Shown: positions 25,858-38,664 of the stretch, one piece after another
Position numbering within the stretch: the first letter of the stretch is position 1
Layout of the letters: every line of letters begins with the position of its first letter
The notes under the pieces: generated by a model
Database searches by the model: none
Told to the model about the DNA's origin: nothing
Seen by the model: only the letters and a program-made list of their open reading frames with translations
From: Mobula hypostoma
Taxonomy: Eukaryota
DNA: 64,000 bases
Reading direction: 5' to 3'
NCBI RefSeq assembly: GCF_963921235.1
Contig: NC_086097.1
Coordinates: 226,426,001 to 226,490,000 of the forward strand
Position numbers and translations under genes: made by a program

Positions 25858-28770
25858 TAGAGTCATAGAGTCATAGAAAAGTACAGCACAGAAACAGGCC
25901 CTTTAGCCCATTAAGTCCATGCTAAACCATTCAGACTGCCTACTCCTATCAACCTGTACTGGGACTATAGCCCTCCATATCCCTACCATCCATGTACCTA
26001 TCCAAATTTCTCTTAAACAGTGAAATCAAGCCAACATGCACCACCTTTCCTGGCAGCTCATTCCACACTCTCACAACCCTCTGAGTGAAGAAGTTTCCCC
26101 TCAAGTTCCTCTTAAACTTTTCACCTTTCACTCGTAACCCATGGCCTCTAGTAGTAGTCCCAACCAACCTCAGCAAATAAGGCTTGCTTGCATTTACCCT
26201 AACGACATACCTTATAATCTTGTATATCAAATCTTCTACATTCCAAGGAATAAAGACCTAACCCATTCAATCTTTCCTTATAACTCTGGTCCTCCAGATC
26301 CAGCAACATCCTTGCACTCTTTCAAATTTATTTACATCTTTCCCATAGGTAGGTGGCCAAAACTGCACACAATACTCCAAATCAGGCCTCACCAATGTTA
26401 GATTAGATTCAACTTTATTTTCATTGTGCCGAGTACAGATACAAAGCCAATGAAATGCAATTAGCATCTGACCAGAAGTGCAAAAGAATAGTATTATTTA
26501 CAAAATAAATGCAAATAAAAAGTAAGTGTTACAGCACACAAATATAAAAGTACTGAAACAGTCCAATATGGGTGCAATACTGCTTAGCGCTGTGATATGA
26601 GGTTCAGCAGGGTCACAGCCTCAGGGAAGAAGCTCTTCCTGAGCCTGCTGGTGCGGGAGTGGAGGCTCCTGTAGCACCTACCAGATGGGAGGAGAGTAAA
26701 AAGTCCATGGTTAGAGTGAGATGCATCCTTGATAATGCTTTTCGCCCTGCCCAGGCAGCGTTTATAGTAGATGTTCTCAATGGTAGGCAATTAGGTGCCG
26801 ATAATCCACTGGGCAGTTTTCATCACCCACTGGAATGCTTTGTGGTCCGATACAGGACAATTGCCATACCACACTGAGATGCAGTTGATGAGTATGCTCT
26901 CAATGGTACGGTGGTAAAAGTCCGTCAGTATCCTGGGACAGAGGTGAGCTTTCTTGATGCTCTGCAGGAAATAAAGGTGCTGTTGCACCTTTTTGATCAG
27001 GATAGAGGAGTTCAGGGACCAGGTGAGATCATATTATATGAATGTCTTAGGCAACTTCAAAGTAACATCCCATCTTCTGTACTTAGATTTATGAAGGCCA
27101 ATGTGCCAAAAGCTTTCTCTATGACCCTAGATACCTGTGACACCACATTCAATGAATTATGAACCAATTTCCCCCGGGATCAATAAAGTATGACTATGAC
27201 TATGACTATGACTATTCCCAGACCCCTTTGTTCTACCGCACTCCTCAGCCCTCGCTGTGTAAGATCTTCCCAGTTGTTTCCAATCAGAAAGGTAACCATC
27301 TACTACCACTCACTGGCTTCTCCCACAAAGCTGATGTCTAATCCAGTTTACTACGGGTTGAGGCTCTAACTCTCCAGAATAAATATAGCTGGAATGGTCC
27401 CTTTAAGGTTTCAGGCCACTCTGCTAATGGACAGCTATAATTCAGCAGCAGGATTTAATATTTAGAGAGACATGAACTGAGGTTTAGCTGCTCAATCATC
27501 ACTCAGTTTTGGATTCTCATCTACTGTCTAGTTCAGAACCCTGTCTTCGTTTCAGTCTTGTATCGTGCCTTGACTCTAGTCTCAGATACTCCAGCGCTAA
27601 GGTGGTAACCATCCTCGACTAGGCCTCTCATCAGAACTACCGCAACTCGAATACTAGCTGACTGAACCTTCTTGACCAATCTCTCATGCAGGACCTTGTC
27701 AAATGCCGTGCTGAAGTTCATGAAGACAACATCCACAGCCTTGCTTTCATCCACTTTCCTGGTAACTTCCTCAAAAAACTCTGTAAGATTGGTTAATCAT
27801 GACCAACCGCACAAAGCCATGTTGACCATCTCTAATCAGCCCTGTCTATCCAAAAACTCATATATCCAGTCCCTTAGACTACCTTCCAATAACTTTCCCA
27901 CAACTGATGTCAGGCTCACCTGTCTATAATTTCCTGGTTTATTTTTAGAGCTTTCTTAAATAGTGAAATAACATTGGCTATCCTCCAATCCTCTGGTACC
28001 TCACTTGTCACTAAGAATGATTTAAATATCTCTGCTAGGGCCCCTGCAGTTTCTGCACTTGCCTCCCACAGGGTCCAAGGAACAGCTTGTTAGGCCCCAA
28101 GGATTTATCCAGCCTAATTTGCCTCAAGACTGCAAACATCTCCTCCTCTGTAATCTGTATAGTGTCCGTGAAGTTCATGCATTTTGCATCTCTTCTATAG
28201 ACTCTGCATCCATCTCCTTAGTAAATACAGACGTAAAAAAAATCTTTTACGATCTCTCCCATTTCTTTAGTTCCACGCATGGATTACCAGAGATAGCACG
28301 TTTGCCAGAAAACAGCCTACCCCAATCTACACCAGATTTTCAAATACCATCAAAAATGGCCTTTCTCCAATTTAGAATCTCAACCCACTGACTAGACCTA
28401 ACGTTTTGCATAATTACTTTGAAACTAATGGCATTGTGATCACTAGATGCAAAGTGTTCCCCTACACAAACTCCTGTCTTCTGCCCTGTCTCATTCTCTA
28501 AAAGCAGATCAAATATCGCACACTCTCTCACTGGGCCTTCTCCGTACTGATTAAGGAAAAGTTCCTGAACACATTTGACAAACTCTATCCCATCTGTTCC
28601 TTTTACAATATGGGAGTCCCAGTCAATACGTGGAAAGTTAAAATCACGTGCTATAACAACCTTGTGTTTCTTACAACATTCCGCGATCTCTCTACAAATT
28701 TGTTCCTTCAAATCACACAGACTCTTGGGTGGTCTGTAATATAATCCCGTTAATATAGTCATACCTTTTC
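25858..28770 (-). mobile_element. CR1-type LINE (endonuclease to 3' end, internally deleted) interrupted by later insertions
   Basis: 'GLYYRPP...DFNFPRIDW...SDHNAISF' (APE endonuclease), 'VDVVFMNFSTAFDKV' (RT), 'GNFFTQRVVRVWNELP'. Confidence 0.85.
26398..27030 (-). mobile_element. Rex1-type LINE 3' fragment nested in CR1
   Basis: 'FYHRTIESILINCISVWYGNC', 'HGLFTLLPSGRCYRSL'; splits the CR1 at 'ctcaccaatgt'. Confidence 0.85.
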
Positions 28771-29504
28771 TCTACTACACTGCCTGGGTAGTAGAGAGTA
28801 GCCATGCCAACTTGCATCTAATGCCATACTGTTGGCATTACATTATGAAGAGACTTTAAATTGAAGCCAGATTCAGTTGGGGCAGAGTGTTCTTTTATTC
28901 ATTTTTGTGTTCTTCATCCCCAGGCCCCAATTTTCTGTCATAGTGAAAGACTAAGAAATGCTTCAAGGCAGAATCTAGGCATGAGTTGGGGGCATGTTGC
29001 AAGTAAGTACTGAGTCCAAGGGTGGGAAGTACTGTAGTTGAAGCTGGTCAGATTTTGAGACAGACATACTGATAAAGTCAGAATGTCCACAGAGACTCTG
29101 CTCCAGCAGCAATGACCATGTGTTACGGATCTTGCTTCCTTAATAGTCTTCATTAAAATGGTAGTGGTAAAGTGACCTCATAAATTCATCTGATGACAGC
29201 AGGCTTGTATTTTAATAATCTAGGTATTAAAAGAAATAAACGGGAATGTGTCAAATATTTTATCACTAATTTTCCACTTTCATTCAGAAATGTGCCCTTA
29301 GGTTGGAACTTCACATATATACCTGATAGTTTAAAATGGGAAGAAAGGAGCAGCCAGACAATTCATAGTCATAGTCATAGTCATACAATTCTGAACTTGT
29401 CACCATTGGGATGGGAGGAGAAGTACCGGTGTGTATTATGGGGCAGCTCAATGGGAAAAGGATGCGTATTTCAAAGTAAATTGGCACATATTTGTAATGG
29501 CAGC

Positions 29505-30510
29505 ACAATTTCTGAAAGGGGTGGCTGAAGAGATTGTGGGGCCATTAGTAATCATCAACCAAGAATCAGTAGATTCTGGAATGGTTCAGGAGGGCTGGAA
29601 AATCGCAAATATCACTCCACTCTTCAAGAAGGGAGGGAGGCAGAAAAAAGAAAGCTATAGGCAGTTAGCTTGACTTCAGTGGTTGGGAAGATGTTGGAGT
29701 CCACTATTAATGATGAGGTTTCAGGGTAATTGGAGGTACATGATGAAGTAGTCCAAATTCAGCATGGTTTCCTTAGGAAGAAACTTTGTTGACAAATCCT
29801 TGAGGAAATAACAGTCAGAATAGATATCAGAGAGCCAGTGGATGATGTTCACTTGGATTTTAAATGGGGGGAAAATTCAAAAATCAGAGGTGCAAGCAGA
29901 CCTCCCTAAATGTGAACTTATGGGTTGATTTGGTGGTGAGGAAAGCAAATGCTCATTTTGAGAGGACTAAGATATAAGAGCAAGGATGTCATGCTGAGAC
30001 TTTATAAGGGATTTGTCTGACCGTACTTGGAATACGGTGAGCAATTTTGGGCCCCTGATCTCAGATGAACTGGCATTGGAGTGGGCCCAGAGAATGGTTC
30101 ATAAGAATGAGTCTGGGAATAAAAAGGTTAACATATGAGGAACACATTGAAACCCATTGAATATTCGAAAGCCTAGATAGAGTGGATGTGGACAGGATGT
30201 TTCCTCTTGTGGTTGAGTCTAGGGCCAGAGGGCACAGCCTCAGAATAGAGGAATGCCTGTATAGAATAGGGATGGGGGGGAAATTTTTTAGCCAGAGCTA
30301 TGGAATTAATTGCCACAGACAGCTGTGGAGTCATTGAGTATATTTAAAGCAAAGATTGTTAAGTTCCTGATTAGTCAGGGTATCAAAGGTTATGTGGAGA
30401 TAGCAGAAGAATGGGGTTGAGAGGCATAGTAAATCAGGCATGCAGACTGGTGGAGCAGATTAGATGGACCAAATGGCCTAATTCTGCTCCTATCCCAAAT
30501 GGTCTCATGG
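29505..30510 (+). mobile_element. CR1-type LINE fragment
   Basis: 'WKIANITPLFKKGGRQKKESYR' and CR1 3' end 'ggcctaattctgctccta'. Confidence 0.8.
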
Positions 30511-30829
30511 TTTTATTTTCAATTAAAATCTCTAAATTCACTGATTGATGTCAGTTTCATTGAGTTCTGGGAGAAATTCAGTAATTCAGGGGATTATTAC
30601 CAATAACTAAAGTGCACTGAATTAAAAGTAACTGTGTGATAGAGGTCAATAATTGGTTGGGACTTCAGAGACAGAGGGGAAGGATAATAGGAATGCACTC
30701 TAATTAGAGGGCTATGACTCGTGGTTTTTCATGATACAGGGAACCTAGAATTTCATTGGGGGTATTGCTTGAAGAAATTGACAAATGATGTCTCTAACCA
30801 TTATACTCCAGGAGGGGACCATACTTCTT

Positions 30830-31110
30830 TATGACATAGAAGGAGGCCATTCAGGCCAATGACTGTATGCCAGCTGTCAGAGCAATCCCATCAATCATTT
30901 TACTTCACTAATATACCCACACACCTCAGGTGTTTTACAATGGCCAATGAGCATTCCAACCTGCGGCCTTTGGATACATGTGGAAACCAGAGCACCAAGG
31001 GGAGATCCGCACAGGCACAGGGGAACATACAAATTTCACACAGACAACACCAGGCATCAGGATGTAACCTGAGTCACTAGAGATGAGAAACACTGCTCAC
31101 CGTGTCACAT
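30830..31110 (-). mobile_element. decayed V-SINE-like element
   Basis: 'ctttggatacatgtggaaaccagagcacc...gggaacatacaaatttcacacagaca' is the reverse of a V-SINE-like core. Confidence 0.55.
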
Positions 31111-31318
31111 TATTCACCCATCGGTGAAAGGCATGATGTTGAAAAGTGAGGTAGTCATAAGCAGATGGGTAAACCTGTGGCCGATTCTCACTCCTTGAGC
31201 ACCATCGATCAAAATAAGCAACCTCGGCTTAATAAGGAGTTTAGAAAACCTCACCAGGACTGTGTCTAATAAGGAGGTGATATCCTAGTGAAGCTACAAC
31301 AACATTCTCAGTAAACAA

Positions 31319-31527
31319 CTCAAAGTTGCTGGTGAACGCAGCAGGCCAGGCAGCATCTCTAGGAAGAGGTACAGTTTACGTTTCGAGCCAAGACCCTCCG
31401 TCAGGTCTCGGCCCGAAACGTCGACTGTACCTCTTCCTAGAGGTGCTGCCTGGGCTGCTGCATTCACCAGCAACTTTGAGTTGTGTTGCTTGAATTTCCA
31501 GCATCTGCAGAATTCCTCATGTTTATG
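31319..31527. mobile_element. palindromic Penelope-type element with collapsed centre
   Basis: ~77-bp inverted arms 31319-31395 / 31404-31480; 12-bp TSD ctcagtaaacaa at 31307-31318 and 31528-31539; same family as 38452-38760. Confidence 0.8.
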
Positions 31528-31569
31528 CTCAGTAAACAATGACTGTCACAACATGAGCAGAGTGAGGAT

Positions 31570-32705
31570 CAACACCCTTCGACAAAGTCCCATATGGGAT
31601 ACTGATCAGGAAGCATGAGTCACTTGGCATCCAGGATGAGATAGTAAATTGGATTGAACACTAGCTTCGCAGGAGAAGCCAGGGTGTGGTAGCAGATACT
31701 GTGGTTGCCTCTCTGACTGGAGGCCTGTGACTAGGGGTGTGCTACAGGAATCAGTGTTGGGTCTTTTGTTGTTTGTCATCTACAGTATATCAATGATCTA
31801 GATGACAACATAGTAAACTGGATCAGCAAACCTGAGGATGATATCAAGATTAGGGACATAGTGGCCAATGAGGAAGGCAATCAAAGCTTTCATTGGGAAC
31901 AGACCAGATAAAGAAATGGACAGAAAAATGTCAAATATGATTTAATGCAAACAAGTGTGAAGTGTTATACTTCGAAAGATAGAAAGATTTGTGTAGGGCA
32001 CTGAAGAGGGTGATAGAACAGAGGGATCTAGGAACACAGATTCATAATTCCTCGACAGTGGCATCACATACACATAGGGTTGTAAAAAAAGTTTTTGACA
32101 CAATGGCCTTCATAAATCAAAGTATTGAGTGTAGCAGATGGGATGTTATGTTAAACTTGTATAAGACATTGGTGAGGGGTGTTTTGGAATTTTGTGTACC
32201 GTTCTGGTCTCATACCTGGTGGAAATATATCAAAAACATTGATAAGGATGTTGTCAGGACTTGAGGACCTGAGTTATAGGGACAGGTTGAATAGGATAAG
32301 ACTTTTTCCCTTGAGAGTAGGAGGTGATGGGAAATTTGATAGATATACAAATTTATGAGGGGTATGGATAGGGTAAATGCAAGCAGATTTTTTCCACTGC
32401 GATTGGTGAGACTAGAATTAGAGATCATGGGTTAAGAGGTGAAAGGGGAAATATTGAAGGAAAAGATAAGGGGGAACTTCTTCTTTCAAAGAGAGATCTG
32501 AGTGTAGAAAGAGCTGCCAGCCAAAGTAGTGGATTTGGGTTTGATTTCAGCATCGAAGAGAAGTTTGGATAAGTACATGGATGGGAAGGGTAATGAAGGT
32601 TATGGTCAAGGTGTTGATGGAAGGGATGAAGCAAAATAACAATACAGCAAGAACTTGCATGGGCCAAAGAGTCTGCTTCTGTGCTGTAATGTTCTATGAC
32701 TCCAA
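31570..32705 (+). mobile_element. CR1-type LINE 3' fragment
   Basis: 'EQRDLGTQIHNS...YKTLVRGVLEFCVPFWS'; tail 'tgtgctgtaatgttctatgactc'. Confidence 0.8.
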
Positions 32706-33198
32706 GACACTGAGTCATGACAGGCAATTGAGCATTGACCTTTGGCCAGAAGTGTCAGAGGTTAATCTAGCCATCCCACCTATCACAGATACTATTTAGC
32801 TTCAAGAAACAGCTGTGTGGGCTGTATGCAATGCTGATTAAGGACCCCTTTAATATCCTGTTTACAACCTAATGTGAGCCATATGTTTGGATAAACTGCT
32901 CTTTCACTACTCTACTGGAAATGGAGATTGCCCAAGGTATGACCTAACCAAACAAGATGAGCAAATCAGTACAATCAACTATTTTCTATCAGCTTGCCCG
33001 CAATCATTTGCAAAGCAATGAAAGAATTCATTGAGATTAATATCAAGCAATACTTGCCAAAAACCTGCTCACAATGCTCGGTTTTGAATTCTAGTTAAAA
33101 CTTTGCTGGAGATTAGTGCACATGTAGGCTTGAAAATGAGTGCTTGAAGTCAGCAGAAAATTAATGGGCCGAAGGCCCTGGTTCAGTGCTGGATAAGC

Positions 33199-34657
33199 AT
33201 GGCTGGAGTGTTCACTGATATCTTTAGCCTTTCACTTCAGCGGTCTGAGGTACCCACCTGCTTCAAGCAGGCTTCAATTATGTCAGTGCCTATGAAGAAC
33301 ATAATAACGTGCCTCAATGATCATCATCCAATAGAACATAAATTCACTGTGATGAAGTGCTTCGAGAGGTTGGTGATAAAACTTATAAACTCCCGCTTGA
33401 GATGTGACATGGATCCACTCCAATTTGCCTACCAGCACAACAGGTCCACAGCAGGTGCCTTCTCATTGGCTCTTCACTCTGGTCAGCAAGGGAGGAGGGA
33501 GGGAACGTCGACTCAGACCATGAGAGGCCTGTGTCGGGCACTTTCATGCCTTACAAGGTGCAGATTGGAAGTCTGTGTGGGGCGCCACTCCTCGCACAGA
33601 CACTAGAGCAATGTGTGGTTAAGTGTCTTGCTTAAGGACACAAACACGCTGCCACAGCTAAGGCTCGAACTAGCGACCTTCAGATCACTAGATGAAAGCC
33701 TTAACCACTTGGCCACGTGTCCAACACATGCCTGGTCAGCAAAGAATGTGACAAATCAGCATAAAGGAGGGAGATTGAAAATCTGGCTGAGTGGTGCCAA
33801 AACAACAACCTCTCTCTCAATGTCAGCATGACCAAGAAGCTGAATATTGATCAGGAGGAGGAAACCTGAGGTCTGTGAGCCAATCCTTATCAGAGAATCA
33901 TAGCTGGGGACATCCAGCAACTTTAAATTCCTCGGTGTTATCATTGCTGTCCTGGGCCCAGCACATGTGCACCTACAAAGAAAACACAGCAGCACTTCTA
34001 CTTCCTTCGAAGTTTGTGAAGATTCATCATGACATCTAAAACTTTGACAAACTTCAAATGTATATTGACTGGTTGCATTACGGCCTAGTATGGAAATGCG
34101 AATGCCCTTGAACAGAAAATCCTACAAAAAGTAGTGGATATGGCCCAGTCCACCACATGTAATGCCCTCCCCGCTACTGAGCACATCACACAAAGCGCTT
34201 TCACATAAAGCAGCATTCATCATCAAGGACCCCAATCACCCATGGCAAGCTCTCTTCTCACTACTGCAATCAGTAAGAAGGTACAGGAGCCTCAGGATCT
34301 GCACCGCCAGGTTCAGGAACAGTTATTACCCCTCAACCATCAGGCTCTTGAATCAGAGGGGAAAACTTCACTCAACTTCACTTGCCCCATCACTGAACTT
34401 TCCTACAATCTATGGACTCATTTTCAAGGACTCTTCTTGATACTTATAGCTTATTTATTTATTATTACTATATATTATTATTTCTTCTATTTTTCTTTTG
34501 CTGATTTTATTGTCTTTTGCACATTGGTTGTTCGGTGCAATCTTTCATTGGTTACTGAGTATACCCGCAAGAAGATGAATCTCAGAGTTGTATGTGGTGA
34601 CATTAACTGTATGTACTTTGATAATAAATTTACTTTGGACTTTGAAATTTGAACTTT
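33199..34657 (+). mobile_element. Rex1/Babar-type LINE fragments
   Basis: 'AGVFTDIFSLSL...VPTCFK...MKCFERLV...DPLQFAY'; 'FRNSYYPSTIRLLN'; (actttga)-type tail. Confidence 0.85.
33490..33731 (-). mobile_element. tRNA-derived SINE with intact Pol III boxes
   Basis: - strand: A box TGGCCAAGTGG, B box GTTCGAGCC, then gtgtccttaagcaagacacttaac; 11-bp TSD ctggtcagcaa at 33479-33489 and 33732-33742. Confidence 0.8.
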
Positions 34658-34903
34658 AATTCCAAGACACTTTACCTTGATGACTAATTAAATTGAGGAA
34701 GTGAAGTAAGGATGGCAGCCAATGATATTATGTCATCTTGGATCCAGTGGGCTATCATGGATCCCTAATAAATTGGGATCATTGAGCATCGGGAAAAAAC
34801 CCCTGAGCATCTGAGTATGTGCCAAGTACAAAGGAAAATGGCTGCAATCACTGGATGCCAATCATTCAGTTACGGCTCCTCAAGTCAGTATCTTTTTCTC
34901 ATC

Positions 34904-35137
34904 TCATATGTCTTGTTATTCCAGAAACTAATTGAAGGAAAAATGCAAGAGCTGGGATGGTATCTACTTAGTTTCTTTTCTTTTTTTCTCTTGTGAGGCA
35001 CTCATATGGTGTAATGATGTGCGATTTGCATACTTCTTACATATAATCCGTAATGAATTTTGTAAACTAAGAATGCTTAATCAAACAATATATTTACAAT
35101 ATTACTCAAATATTACTGAAATATTGAATATAGTACA
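34904..35137 (-). repeat. 3' LTR of Gypsy element
   Basis: Aligns with 40506-40742; starts TGTA on - strand immediately after a polypurine tract. Confidence 0.85.
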
Positions 35138-35904
35138 CTCCTCTCTGCTTAGCTATAAACTCCAACACAATATACAACACTATATGTAACGTATCACTCT
35201 CTAGTCATCTATATATGTGTGTGTGTGCGTCTGTATGTACACTCAGTATACTATTTAATGCAGCTAGTGTATTGTGTATTGACATCTACAGCACAGTAAA
35301 TTTTAAATGGTCCCATTTTCAGGCCTAAACATTTAATTGCTATGAAGGATTTTGTACTCTTGTGGGATAACATCTTTCCTGACAAGGGTGGTGGAGAGCG
35401 AGGGGTGGTCATTCTGCTTGGCAGGTGAGACATCTGGCTGTGAAACAATCTCAGGTTCGGGGGCCTCCACCATGGTGGGTGTAGAAGTCGACTCCAGGAC
35501 TGCAGGAAGTGGGTGTGACAATTCTGGGTGCCTTTCTTCTCTAAAAATTGACTGCTCTCCTCAACTGACCAATGTCCCATCTCCAGAGGATGTCAAATGC
35601 TATCTCCACTGTGTAGGACAGTAGTCCAGTTCTGTCCCTACTCTTTCCAAGTACCCAATTTTAATCATCTCTGTAGTTCCTCATCAGGACTGCTCATCCC
35701 AGAGTGACAAATTAAGCCTCCCTGTTTGAGGAGCCCTTAGTTTGTCTCAGCTATTTGTCCTGCATACTCCTTCTGAGACTGGATTTGAGGGATCCAAGCA
35801 TGAGGATAAGGGGTAACCTTGCAACAGCATAGCTGCTGAGTTGTTGGTTGTGGAGTATGCTGTATCGTGATATGCAAGGAGGAAATTGGCGAGCTTCTGA
35901 TTCA

Positions 35905-36335
35905 ATGTAGTCCCCAAATCCTCAAGACCTTCTGAAAGGGCACCACTGAAAGCATCCTGAATGGCTGTATCACTGCCTGGTATGGGAACTGAACCAACCT
36001 TGATGACTGGGCATTGCAGAGAGTGGTACGGACAGCCCATCGCATCTGTGGATGTGAACTTCCCTCCACTGAGGACATTTACAGCAGCAGGTACAGAAAG
36101 AAGATCTGGAAGATCATCAGGGATACCAGTCACCCCAACCATAAACTGTTTCAGCTGCTTCCGTCTGGCAAGCAGTGCCAGGACTAACAGTTTATGGGAC
36201 AGCTTCTTTCTACAAGCCATTAGACTTATAAATGCACACGTTTGTACATTGCGATGGAGTCATAATGCAAAGATTTTTATTCCCTCACATTGTGGGAGGG
36301 ATGTAAGATTTAAATAAATAAATAAATAAATAAAT
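35905..36335 (+). mobile_element. Rex1-type LINE 3' fragment nested in the Gypsy integrase
   Basis: 'RTNSLWDSFFLQAIRLIN'; (taaa)n tail at 36311-36334. Confidence 0.75.
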
Positions 36336-37727
36336 ACTGTGTTCTGCTGACATTGCTTGCGATGCATTCTTTAGACTCCGGACAAAACTTCCATTTGTAG
36401 CTGGATGGTACAGTGCAGATTTAATCTGTCTTATTCCATTCATTTTCAGGAATAACTGAAAGTGTTCCACAACAAACTGTGGTCCATTGACTAAGTACTC
36501 TGGAACACCAGGTCTTGAGAAGAAGCTTCTAAACACATCAACATAGTGTAAGGCTGTAGTGGAGGCTATTGGGAACACTTCTGGCCACTTCTTAGCTGCA
36601 TCCACTAACACCAAGAAAGTTGTGCCCATGAATGGTCCAGCAAAATCGACATGAATCCTCTGCCAGGGCAATGTAGGCCATTCCCAGGGATGGAGAGTTG
36701 CTGCTCTTGGCAGCTTCTGGACGTGTTGGCATCCCAAACAGTGCATGGAAAGCTGCTTGATCTGCTGATCTATCCAAGGCCACCAGACAAAGCTTTCATT
36801 TTGGCTACACCTAGTTGACTGGTATATAGCTCCTCCAACCTTTTAACTCTCAGCTTGGATTCTCAATCCCCACATAAGGCAACCCCCATTAAGGACAAGT
36901 TCATCTGGTGCTGGAAAAAAATGGCGGAGCTAGAATTTTTACTGTGTATCCCAACCATTTTAGGTTGCCATGTAGACCTGAGACAGTGCATGGCCTCTTT
37001 TTGGTTTCCCTTTTGGTCATGTAGGGAGACTTTCATTTTTCATTAGGGAGAATACATCTAGAGGAGTGTCCTCTTTTGTAAATATTTCAGGTGTTTCTAT
37101 CCCCAAAGATAAAATGGACAAACCATCAGCATATCCGTCATTAGTCATCCTTTTGAATTTGATCTTGTAATTGTGTCCTCCAAAAAATGGAGCCCAAATC
37201 CTGCATTTGTGCTGCTGCAGCCGGTGGAGCACCCTTCTGCGGAGTGAAAAAAGACACCAGCGGTTGATGATTAGTTATGCAAGTAAACTCTGTCCCATGC
37301 AAATACTGGGTAATCTCTCTCCCGTATGAGTACTATTTTACTCTGCTGTGATAAGGGAAGATGATGGAAAGACTATGGGGTATTCACTTCCATCACTCAT
37401 AATATGTGACATCATTACAACGATGTCATAAGGTGAGGCACCACAGCAAACTTCATTACACAACATGGATCATAAGATCTGAGTACAGTGCCTGACGTCA
37501 CTGGGTCATTTACTTTTCTGGAAAGTCACCTCATTGCTTTATCCATTGCCATTTCTTCCCAATTTGTAGTGGTGAGTTCAAGGAGCTCAGCAGCTGTTGG
37601 ACAGTATGGTAATTGGCAAGTCCTAAAAAGGGCCACAACTATGACACATCCTTTGGCCTTGAGGCATCCACCACTGCTTGAATTTTCTCAGCGCACTTGT
37701 TTAATTCTTGTGCATCAATGGTGTGAC

Positions 37728-38029
37728 CAGTGGTGCGGTGCTAGCCGGAGCACACCGGAGCGCGTCCGGCACATCTTTAAGAAAAAAGCCAAAATAAACA
37801 AGCTAACTAATTAGGTGCCGCCCAGGGTGATTTGAGTATCTCGGAAACTGCTGATCTCCTGAGATTTTTATGCACAACAGACTCTGGAGTTTACAAAGAA
37901 TGATGCCGAAAGCAAAAGAAAAGCATCCAGCGAGTGGATTTAACAAGATGCTTTCGCTCACAGAACAGCCACTCACTTAAAGATGTGCTGGACGCACTCC
38001 GGTGTGCTGCGGCTAGCACTGCACCACTG
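37728..38029. mobile_element. hAT-type non-autonomous MITE
   Basis: ~55-bp imperfect TIRs CAGTGGTGCGGTGCTAGCCG... / ...CGGCTAGCACTGCACCACTG; exact 8-bp TSD ggtgtgac at 37720-37727 and 38030-38037. Confidence 0.85.
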
Positions 38030-38512
38030 GGTGTGACCACATTGATGCTTGGTTTAAAGAATTCACAATTGTAGCTTTGTGCTGTGAGCCTATAATCTTC
38101 TAATCCTTTCAACACTGTCTTGAGGTTTTGGAGATGTTGCTTGTCATCCTTACCTGTAATAATGATGTCATCCAGGTAACACTGCGTGCCTGGGCAGCCT
38201 TACAGCTCCTGGTGATCCATAGCTTCCTGCGAGAGTGCAGGTGCATATGCTGCTTTAAAACTAAGCCTATTACAACAATAAAGCCCTTTGTGAGTGTTTA
38301 TCATGAGAAACTCTTTGGAGTCCTCCTCCATCTCCACCTGTCGATAGGCCACAGCTAAGTCCACTTTTCTGAAGTGTGTTCCTGCAGAAGGCTATGCAAA
38401 GATACCCTCTTTCCTGGGAAGAGAGTAGTAATCTACATTCAGTACTCTGTTAACACACATCAAAGTTGCTGGTGAATGCAGCAGGCCAGGCAGCATCTGT
38501 AGGAAGAGGTAC

Positions 38513-38548
38513 AGTCGACGTTTCAGGCCGAGACCCTTCGTCAGGACT
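38513..38548 (-). ncRNA. minimal type I hammerhead ribozyme motif (antisense copy)
   Basis: Exact reverse complement of 38629-38664. Confidence 0.75.
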
Positions 38549-38628
38549 AACTGAAGGAAGAGTGAGTAAGAGATTTGAAAGTTGGAGGGGGAGGGGGAGA
38601 TCCAAAATGATAGGAGAAGACAGGAGAT

Positions 38629-38664
38629 AGTCCTGACGAAGGGTCTCGGCCTGAAACGTCGACT
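38629..38664 (+). ncRNA. minimal type I hammerhead ribozyme motif
   Basis: AGTC-CTGACGA-AGG(gtctcgg)CCT-GAAA-CGTC-GACT: stem I, CUGANGA core, stem II, GAAA, loopless palindromic stem III (ACGT), GUC cleavage triplet. Confidence 0.75.

Noticed and set aside
33655..33727. Possible tRNA gene
   Set aside because: tRNA-like head continues into a SINE body, flanked by an 11-bp TSD; no convincing acceptor stem
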